A stretch of DNA of 64,000 bases from Lingula anatina (lineage: Eukaryota > Animalia > Brachiopoda): the NCBI GenBank assembly GCA_051362555.1, contig CM120646.1, positions 19,530,001-19,594,000 of the forward strand, written 5' to 3'. Within the stretch, counting starts at the first letter, position 1. The number at the start of each line of letters is the position of its first letter. This document shows, piece after piece, positions 53,827 through 64,000 of this stretch. The position numbers and the translations under genes are program-made. Under the pieces are notes generated by a model, which saw only the letters and a program-made list of their open reading frames with translations, searched no databases and was not told the DNA's origin.

Positions 53827-56586
53827 AAATGGACATACCATATCCAAATAAAATGGGGAGTTTTTCACAAAGAATTACACAAGTCTGAGAATTTTTAATC
53901 GATCCTAATGGTCTCCGTCAAGATAAAGTGTTGATGCCACAAAAAATGCCCCCCCCCCCATCCCCCTCTCCCCAAGACTCTCTTCTGGACCTGGGAAAGT
54001 TTGGTCATGACAACTATGTTCTGAAAACTTCTATTGGGGATAAACTCACACAACAAAATTTTCAATGGTCTATTTAATTTAATTTATTATCTTCACTCAA
54101 AATTATATGAAACCATGTCACCTTATTTTAACTATCACATACTATGAAACTTTGTTCAATGTGTTAACCTTTCTTGTTAACAAGTCTGCTAACAACTCCA
54201 GAAGAGGAGGTAAACTGTATATAAAATGAAATGGAAAATAAGCTGTAAGTTGGAATTATTTTTGTCAAGATTGTGGTACCTTTCCAGCCCTGATTAATCA
54301 ACACTTGAGGTGAAGTTGTCAGGAGAAAGAAATATCATAATTTCCTGACGAAAGAAATATCATAATTGTAACTTTTAAGTATCTACAATGGATAACAGTA
54401 TGCAATAAAACTAAATTTTCCCAATCTATACTATACAGGATTTTAAAAAAGCAACCTTGCCAATGTATGGCAAAACATAACAGCAAGAGACTTGACACTG
54501 CCTATGACAATCTTCTGAATGTTTGTTCAGGTTTACATTAGAATATAATATTAAGAATTACACTTCATCCCCTTAAAAAAATTGAATAACAATTATTATA
54601 AAAGAGGAAAAACTCCACAACACACAACAAAGTAAAATATTACAGACAGTGTCATTATCTTCTACAAACCTAAGAACTAAACTTGGTTAAGGAAGGATGA
54701 ATTTCAACATCTGAGTGTCAGCATCTTAAGATTTCAGTTTTCAAATATCACCCAGTGTCATTACCCTAAGAAAAGAAAAAAAACTATACATCCAGAATTG
54801 AACTTCCCAGATTTGAACCAAGTTGTGTAACGGTATATACATAATATTTATTTTATGACGAGTGTTGAGAAAATAAGAACAAGACATGGCGTGGTTTGCA
54901 AACGGGCACGCTATGCATTGATGCTAACTGCAGGGATCTTTTGTTCTCCCCATCTGTTGTGGTATTGGTTGGAGTAATACTTCTCATCCAGCCATGGTGT
55001 ATCTACTATATGTATCACAATGCAGTCTCCACCTGCTAGTAAACCACTCCTTGTGTATAAAGGCATAGAAAATATATTACATCATTGTGGAGTGGTGGCA
55101 TTTTCTTGGAATGTGAAATGAACTTGCCAACTCTGATGAAGTTTTTGACCAAGATGCTTGAATTAGCTTAAATTGTACAGGAATGGCTGGGGCGCATTAA
55201 TAAATAGCCAGCGATTATTTGAAGCAAAATTACTATTATATAACAATCATAAATCATAAAATGGTATTTGAAATTAGTTCCAAAATGTCAAACAATCTCT
55301 CCATTAAATGATGACTGGTAGTGCAAATGCACCAGTGAAGAGTCAAATACGGATTATCAAAATGTTTTTCTCATATTCAGATTTTCTTCATCCAAGGAAA
55401 ACATTTATAGTTTTCATTCAAATACCTTACAATAGGACTGAAAATTATTTGCACCTTCTTGTCTAAGAAAAGAAGACAAATGTATCATAATTCACAGAAA
55501 ATTTTGGAGACCTTCAATTTCAGTATTGTGTGAAAAAAACACCATAAAAATTAAGTTGGAAATTAAGTTGGTTACTGTATAAATTTCACAAAGGAAGCTA
55601 ATGATAGCCTGTAAAAAAAGATGTCATTTAAAATAATCACCTGGCTGGCATTTGCAATCCGTTATCTGTTCATTAACCCCACATTACCATTGTTCATTAA
55701 CCCCATACCTCTGTAGTTCTGTTTAAAATATTGCTTATAAATATATATGTGTATGTGTGTGGAGAACGATATCTCATTGAACAAAATAATCACGTTCATA
55801 AACCATGAAATTTAATAATATTTTTACATGAGAATCATTCTTTGCAGTTTAACTTTAACAGTGTTTCACTTGTTCAAATATTTCAATGCTGTTATCTAGG
55901 TTAAAAGGGTGAATTATTCTTTGATAAAATGGTTAAATATCTTTAAAAAAAAGATAAAAACACACTAAAACACAAAATATGTAAAGTAAATTCCTTCTAG
56001 ACCTGCTTGTAATCTACAATTTAAAATAAAAATGACTCATTTCCACTTATTGCTGTGACCTAAGAAACTCTACTCCCAAATGAGAAACTAGTTCATTTGA
56101 ATTTAAAAAATATCACAATTTTAGAAAGTAAGATTAAAAAATTTTGAACACTGCCTTTGTAGTAATGTCTTTTCTCCGTCACTGATCAATTAACTTTATT
56201 TTTAAGACCTTTTGGGGAGGGGTGGAGGTGGGGAGGGGGGCTATCAATATACTTCAGATTTCATTACTCTACATTTTAATACTTTTGTCTTGTCTAAATT
56301 GCTTAAACAATATTGAATAAAACCACCTTTTAGTTTGGTTCATGTGAATAAAAACCACAATCATTTCAAATCCACAAATAAAACACTTAGCAGATGATTT
56401 TGTGGTTGAAAAAAAATTGACAAATTACAGTGAGACAGAAATGTCTGAGGTTAGAGGAAAAACTCTCTGATTGTTGAATGCCAAGGAGATATTCAATAAT
56501 GATTGCACCTTGAAAGTGATATTAAAGGTAGAGGTCACCATTTACTGCAGTCTTCATTCAAGGTCATCCAAGGTCAGGATGTTCGA

Positions 56587-58472
56587 TCATAACTCCACTT
56601 CCCTACGTCGACACCAACCACTGAATTCTCTATATACAAGCCGAAAGAGGAGCTAAAGGAAGAAGAAAAAAGAACAAAGTCAGAATATTGTATGGTTTAA
56701 TTATCCAATTTATTGCTCTGAGCAGATATCAGAAATCGTTGCCAGAAATCACTTATAAATGTCTTGATTGATACATTTGCATAAAATTAAAAGAAAAACC
56801 ATAAATAAACCTTAAACAAAATTAACAAAATAATATTCCCCACTTATTGCATTGAATATATTGCAATACTCTTAACAGACATATATGGATATTATTATTA
56901 TATATCTGTTTCCCCAGTGAAAAGTTAGTGTGTTGTGTGTATGCATGTAATGTGTGCCCTGGACTAGGCTAGACTTACCCCTAGTTTATATTAATATACA
57001 ACACAGATTTCAAAATCCCTATTCAATGAACAATCTAGCACCTACATGTAAAACCTAACTAAATACCACTGCAAACAAGAAACCTATCTGCAAGACCCAA
57101 CAAATACACAACTTTCCCTGTGAGGGCATTATGTATGATGAACAAAACATGCTTTTATATACTCAAGCACCAACATGGCACAGTTTAACATTGGGGCATA
57201 ATCAAAGGTACTGCATACCAGGACAGGTGTCATTTACTAATATGGCTGCAAAATCAAAGATGGCTGTCACTGAAAACTATCAGTTAGTGGTTTTGGCAGT
57301 GATAAAAAAATAGGGGAAGGGGACCAACCAATTTCACCACATAAATACATGTTGCTTAGAAAAAGAGAGAAAGCGATTTTGAAAATTACCTTCAAATCTT
57401 AAGTTGCAACAAATGTATATGAAGAGATCTTATTATTTGTACAAAAAAGTATCAAAACTTTTTAAGTTACAGAATCAGCAATAACTTCAACAATCCAAAA
57501 ACCTGTTAATAAATAAATATACCATCACAAAGTTGCTCTTTTGGAATGCTGTTGAAGATACAAAGTCAAACTTTTATACAGATTTGATACTTTATCCATC
57601 TGAATTATTACTCTGCATATAAAATGTCTGCTTTTTTTTTATTCATATATAAGTATACATACTATACCTTACCTCAAACTTTTGAGACTATTATGAACCT
57701 CCATAAATGGATGTTAATATATACTCAAAATGCATATCAACAAGTAAAATATGAGAAAATATACTATCTGATGCAATAAGTAAGAAGTTATTCAAATATT
57801 TATTTAGGTTTGAGATTCAACAACAACAAGATATAAATCTATATGTAAGGAAAATGATCTTCCCTTTGTACAGGTATATCAACCAAGCAGGTCTGAGATT
57901 GAAAACTCATTTAAACCAGTAAACCTACAAACATGAAATTATCACAGACTCAGTAGGTGTTAATAAATTTACTACTTACTGAACATAATTTACCACTTAC
58001 TGAAGATCATATATCCTTTAGTCATAGCACTTGTAACAGAGATTGCCATAAGCATTTTTAAAAAGGCAAGTTTTTTTTACCCACATCAAACATGCATGCA
58101 TGTAGCATGTTGCTTCAATCCTACCACAAATACAGGGGTTAAATACAACACAGGCCAGTATCATTGAAGCTTTATTGTTAACATTATTTTTGATTGCTCA
58201 AGAATACCAAATTTTTGTTTCAGACTCACAGCACTCATTTTATAATTTGTATGCCTCAAGGATACTAGCCATGATCAGACTCGTTACACAGTATGATATA
58301 TAAACATTAAAATACAGTTAGCCCCACCTCCGATGACCATTAAACAGGTTGAACACATATAAATAGAGGACATTTCGAACAGCTGAACAATCAGTTTTGA
58401 ACACAACATTATGCAAAAATACTATGATAGGTAATGTTTTGTCTGTCAGAGATAGATATCCTCCTAGTCTAC

Positions 58473-58550
<78 letters not shown>

Positions 58551-61500
58551 CAGGTCTTATGCATAAATAAATAAATACAGCAGTACCTGACTAAATATAT
58601 CCCCATCTTTGATCAGTTCTCTCAGTTTAAAACTTAAAAACAACAAAAATGTAACCCCCATATCTAGCTGGTACAGAGTACCAATAAGCCACATTATTCA
58701 GATATAGTCCTGATTATCCTCAAGGAAGAGAGCGCCACCACTACCCCTACGACTACAGCACAGACTATTCCAGAGCACTGTTTGGACACTTTCCACACAC
58801 TGAAGTTCACTTTCTTGGAATCTTTTAGTATTATGTAGGCACTCACCAGTAGAGCGGCCACATCAGCAGCAATGAGCATATAGAAAACATCCTTCCAGGC
58901 GTCTTTCCTTTCTCCCTGAGTGATAAGACCTGTGAGTAGAGGACCAAGTGCAGCACCTGAAGAAAAATGGAAAGGAGAAAATAGAATTTTTTTTACACTT
59001 TTATCAATTCATATTCCAGCAATAAATTATCGTGATTTTACAATTTATAATTCATTCAAAACAAAATACTATAATTTTTAAAACTGACAATAACTCAATC
59101 ATAGGTGTAACTCATTCACAGACCCAGTCCCACCTACTATAGCCAAGATGGCAATTTCTTACTGCCATCATAGTAACTCACCTATTATAACAAGACAGTA
59201 GTATATGACCATGATAACTCACCCATAGACCCAGTTCTACCTATTATAACAAGACAGTAGTATATGACCATGGTAACTCACCCATAGACCCAGTTCCGTC
59301 TATAATAGCTGTGACAGTGGCCAGAGCTTTGGCGTTCCCCTTCAGACTCTTGTGAGTGCCCAGGTCTGCTGACACTGCAGTTGTTATCAGGGCATAAGGA
59401 CCATTGACAAAGAAACCACAGGTAAATAAGAGGACTGAAAGGTAAGTGAAACTGCATTTAGTTTATTAATAAGACAAAATTATATATAGACCTGACTGAT
59501 AAATCATTTTCAAGAAATACCCTCTTTATTTACCTTCTTTTAAGAACTAAAGATATTGTATTTTCAGTTGGAACAGAACAGGTTTTTTCTTGATAATTTT
59601 TGTATAAATATATTTGGGTGTGTAAATTAATAATTTTACAATTTTTCATAAAAGGATATACAAAATTATTCAATTTTCACTTACATATGTTGAAAGCCCA
59701 GGTCACTGTCCCATATGCATTGTAAATGAATAACTGAAAAGTAATGCATTTATTTAAGAAACATAAATCTCCTAAATTTATTCTTGCAGTAAAAATTGAA
59801 GTTTTGGGCACATACTAGCATGAACCATATATTATTATTTATATACATGAATGAGCAAATAAATGTGTAAAAATTACTATCTACATTTTTTTTTCATTTT
59901 CTCTCAACAGTTACAAAATATGTATTGATCTGGTTTCTGTCAATCATTAACAAAACTTTTTTGTGGCATATCTTTTTATCATTCTTATTTTTATGAGGCA
60001 GCAGATTATGTTGTGTTGTGTTCTGATGTTGTGCTTTGTATCAATCTTTAATAAACTCACCACTGGTGCTGCAATAATCAGCATGACTAGACAAACAGTT
60101 GCTCTCCCTCCAGTAATGTCAGATATTACACCTGCTATTATACCACCTGAAATATCAACCATAACTCATATATAACAACTGCTATTATACCACCTGAAAT
60201 ATCAACCATAACTCATATATAACAACTGCTATTATACCACCTGAAATATCAACCATAACCCATATATAACAACTGCTATTATACCACCTGAAATATCAAC
60301 CATAACTCATATATAACACCTGCTATTATACCACCTGAAATATCAACCATAACTCATATATAACACCTGCTATTATACCACCCAGAATATCAACCATATG
60401 TATACCCATACAACACTTACTATATCTGAAATTTACTTTGCAAAACTGAGTCACAGTTAGTTCCAGCATTGATATTTATTTATGACATACACATACAAAT
60501 TTAAATATACATGTTCTCAAGCACGAGCTCAGATGCATGCATGCACACACACTGGAAGTTCCATACAGAAATGTTAAAGTAGTAATGTCTGGAGCCAGAA
60601 GATACACTTACCAAAAATGCCCCCAAAGTCAAATACAGTAGACAAATCACCAGATTGTTCAGAAGACAGAGAAGCTAAAAGATAAATGTTAATGTTACTA
60701 ATAATACAAACAAATCAATCTTTATGTCCTATTTAACTTCTTTTAATCAGAAACATTTTATACAAGGCAAATGAGATAATTTTAAATTAAAGGGCTAAGT
60801 AAGCAGTCTCCATGATATGCAAATGATGTAGACTCCCTACCCTTCACCTCTTAAAATTTATTTAATCCTAAAAAGAAAGATGTATTTTAAAATTGAGATC
60901 AAAGGCTACTTACTGGTAGCTTTGATGTATTTTGGTAGCCAGAACAGGAAGGTGTAACTGACGAGTTTGGCAAAAAACAAACACAGAGAAAATTCTACTA
61001 CACCCTGGAAGAGAACATAAAATTTAACATAATTTAACAAAATATCAGTAGATGCATCAAATGTACTACTGTTATCAACAACGAGTTTCAAAATTAACTT
61101 TCTTCTGAGGGTTTTAAGCTCAATTAAAATCTATTTTATCCAGCAAGAAATGACAGAGGTAATTTTGTAGACATAAAAGTAAAGGTTGCAGAAAAAAGGT
61201 AAAATTTTGCTAACCTTATAATCATCTGCCATTGATTTGCTAAGGGCTCATTCAGACTTACTTGAATGCTTGCCGCCTAATCCCTAAATAGACACTGAAC
61301 AGATTCTTCACGGGGATTATGCAGTAAGCTTTCAAGTGGGTCTGCCATATTTGATCTGTGGATCTGTTAGTCCATGGATCACCTTTGGTTGTAAATGCCC
61401 CCCCCCCCCCCCCCCCCCTAGTCATTAATTTGGCCATCAAGGTCACTAATTTTCAGCTCCAATCCTCAAATGACAATTTTGTTAACAAGGTCTGTTACAG

Positions 61501-62790
61501 GTTCCAGCAAACTTCCTCAGTACTTACAGGTACTTTCAAGGCCCCCAGTAGAGAAATGGGTTCGTGTTCAGCATGCTCCTGAGGCAGATTATCAACATTA
61601 TTTACTGACTGAGATGACAGGGGTTCCTCTTCTGCGTTCTGAAACATGGGACAACATTTTTTTAAAAATTTAATGACAATCCATCACAAATTTTACTGAT
61701 CTTTTAATCAAAAGGTTTCCTTTAATTTTCAATTATGAACATTGTTTCATGTAATTTTTTACTAAAATACCACTAAGTTCAACCAAGTACATTATGACAG
61801 GCATAATCCTATCTTAAATCAAGGCAGAGAAAATGTTCTTTTAAATGTAATGTAATCAAGTCAGGCTATCTCAGACCAATGAGTGAAGAAGACAAAGTTC
61901 TAAACATTCTCTGGTTAAAGTGACTTAATGGGCACTAAATTGTTGGAGCCCAAAAAGTAATTCCAATTCTAGCTGCTATTAAAAGAAACTGTTATATCAA
62001 ACAGACATAGGACACAGCTTAGAAAAGTCTTTACTAGAAGATATTCATATATTTAAATATATGTAGCAACTGGTCTAGTATTATAACATATTATAACTCG
62101 TTACGTTTAATTGAGAATGTTCTGATGTTTCCATTTTCATAAGAATTAAATAGTAATACTTAAAAGTCCAGTATGAAACTTAGGTCTAAGACTTGCTGCC
62201 ACATCCAACACAATCTTAACTCTTACCATCACACTTAACACAATCATATCAACTCATATGTATAAATAGTATAGGGAAAGAATATATACTCATATATGTG
62301 CACATGCACATGACATCCACTCTTGCCTTACTCCTGCGTACATCAAACACAATTTGCTGACTCGGCAGTCTTAAAGCTCTGATCACAATTTTCTACCATT
62401 TTACTATAATTCTTCCACATCTGGCACAATAGTTTGGCTGTACTTGTTTTTTATCATGGCAATGTGTTATCACCTTATTGTCTAGACAAGCTCCAATACG
62501 GTATTATAACATTTTAATACATAACAATTGTCACAGATATCACACAGTATATATCAGCCATCACATGGTGCTGGTTGGGCATCGTGTCAACAATATTTGG
62601 TGTTGTGGTCAATATGTAAAACTTAGTGCAAAGCTAGTGTATGCAATATTTTCTTCCAGATTTCTTACAGGACAATAAATGTGAGAGTGGTGTGGTTTCA
62701 TATATCCAGAGCACCTGTGACACTACATGAAGTGACACTACCATTAATACTTACTGGTATTCTAGAGTATACATATCTATGGACGGGTTC
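56587..62790 (-). CDS. SLC37A2: Sugar-phosphate/phosphate exchanger, SLC37A1/2 type, 3' part only (exons 62790-62755?, 61638-61528, 61004-60914, 60674-60612, 60146-60061, 59733-59685, 59434-59282, 58956-58847, 56652-56587); 5' exons lie beyond the window
   Basis: ISLLGALKVPGVVEFSLCLFFAKLVSYTFLFWLP, DLSTVFDFGGIFGGIIAGVISD, VNGPYALITTAVSADLGTHKSLKGNAKALATVTAIIDGTGSMGAALGPLLTG, RLVYREF; phases consistent. Confidence 0.92.
59109..59297 (-). repeat. Tandem repeat (59-bp period, decaying) that includes an SLC37 splice donor
   Basis: TAACTCACCCATAGACCCAGTTC at ~59216 and ~59275; partial or degenerate copies at ~59174 and ~59109. Confidence 0.85.
60128..60398 (-). repeat. 47-bp minisatellite (~5.7 copies) that includes an SLC37 splice acceptor
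   Basis: GATATTTCAG|GTGGTATAATAGCAG repeats, with the AG ending at 60147, 60194, 60241, 60288 and 60335; the sixth copy has lost the AG. Confidence 0.95.
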
Positions 62791-64000
62791 CTGAGTTGAT
62801 AAGAAAATCATCAAAAATGGATAAGTTTTTCAAATAATATATTTGAATTGTACAGAGCATGTACTTTCAAATCATTTGTGTGTGTGTGTGTTAAATATGA
62901 ATAAGGAGAGTGAATATAAACATAGTGTGGTAAGAAGTGAGTTAAAAGCCAACACTGCAGGTGTTAAGGATTAGCTGTATAAAACAGTCTACTATCAAGA
63001 TCAATTTGCCACACATTATCATGAAGCAAATAAATATAACACTGCCCTTATATAAAAAAGGACACACAAGTCCAGAAAAAATGACAGAGAAATGATGTAC
63101 AAGTTGTTGGAATAAGTCACATTTTTCTCAACAACTGGTTTCAAAAGGTAAATATGTTTTCACATGTTTAGAATACCAAAAAATAAACATCAATATATAA
63201 ATATATATATGGAAAACGATTTTTCTTCACCATTTTTTCAAGTGATTTTTCATCTCTGTCATGTTTACATGGTCTGTCAAAAAAGAAAGCAACTAAATAA
63301 TATGAGCAGACTGCTGAAGTAGAAAAATGCTAACACATGTACAAGGAGTGATAAGGTACGCAGATGACTCTCAGGAAAAAGGGAATCATAATGATTTGAA
63401 GTGATGTGAGAACTTCCTGGTTGATGGGTTGCACCAAAGGGAAATAAAATGTTTTTCTTACTTGACTACAGAGCAATAACATGCCCACTTGAATAGGGTA
63501 AGGAAGCATGACTAGGTTAGAAAAAAAAGAATGGGTTGCTATTTTGTATAAGAGATAAGTTTAAAGGAGTCCAATAACTTCTATTAAACATCCAGGCAGT
63601 TTATTTGAGGATAGTTAATTTAATAAGAAAAATCAAGGAAGGAAGAAAGCTTTTGAGTCACTTTATATTACTTTGATTACGAAGTGTAGGTGATAGGTAT
63701 CTCAAGTTACAAAGAGGGTGAACATTAAAAAAAAAACTTGCCATTTACTTATATAGAAAAAATTATGTGTTAACATTTAGTAACTGAGATTTGCCTATGG
63801 CAGTTTTAACAGCTGGACTTAAATCCCAAATACACAAATATTTTAATCTTATACAAAGTAACAGCTGGAGGATATTTTTCCAAAAATCCAACACATTATA
63901 TATACAGAGGCATACCTCTTTCTTGAATCCAATGGACACAAACATATCTTTAGTGTCAGGAAACAATGATATAAGTCATTTACAAACCTCTCCCAAAAAT

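Noticed and set aside
60128-60398. CRISPR-like appearance of regularly spaced repeats (also 10688-12243)
   Set aside because: No unique spacers, eukaryotic context and no cas genes.
62332-62378. Possible additional SLC37A exon ending at a GTAAGG donor
   Set aside because: No acceptor gives a stop-free, phase-0-compatible reading.

Overview
AT-rich, intron-rich metazoan genomic DNA (invertebrate-like; no taxon can be fixed from this window) with six spliced genes assembled by hand from GT-AG junctions and phase continuity. (1) A tiny 3-exon minus-strand gene (52 aa). (2) A minus-strand secreted protein: signal peptide, WSC-like domain, RRKR site and a protamine-like Arg-rich tail. (3) Head-to-head with it, 400 bp away across a CRE-containing promoter, a ~2,558-aa type I membrane protein: signal peptide, 70-aa His-rich repeats, RRKKR site, 4 TSP1, Gln/Gly/Thr repeats, a ZPBP/Sp38-like Ig+Cys module, TM helix, and a tail ending in polyproline plus a WH2-like helix. 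(4) ATPSCKMT/FAM173B. (5) A SIK1/2-type kinase with four palindromic CREs upstream. (6) The 3' part of an SLC37A1/2-type transporter whose splice sites lie inside tandem repeats. Also present are several MITEs, a Penelope-like remnant with a minimal hammerhead ribozyme, and many microsatellites. The best candidate for an undescribed system is the divergent pair (2)+(3), a putative co-regulated sperm/acrosomal egg-coat-binding module. That function is inference, not shown.
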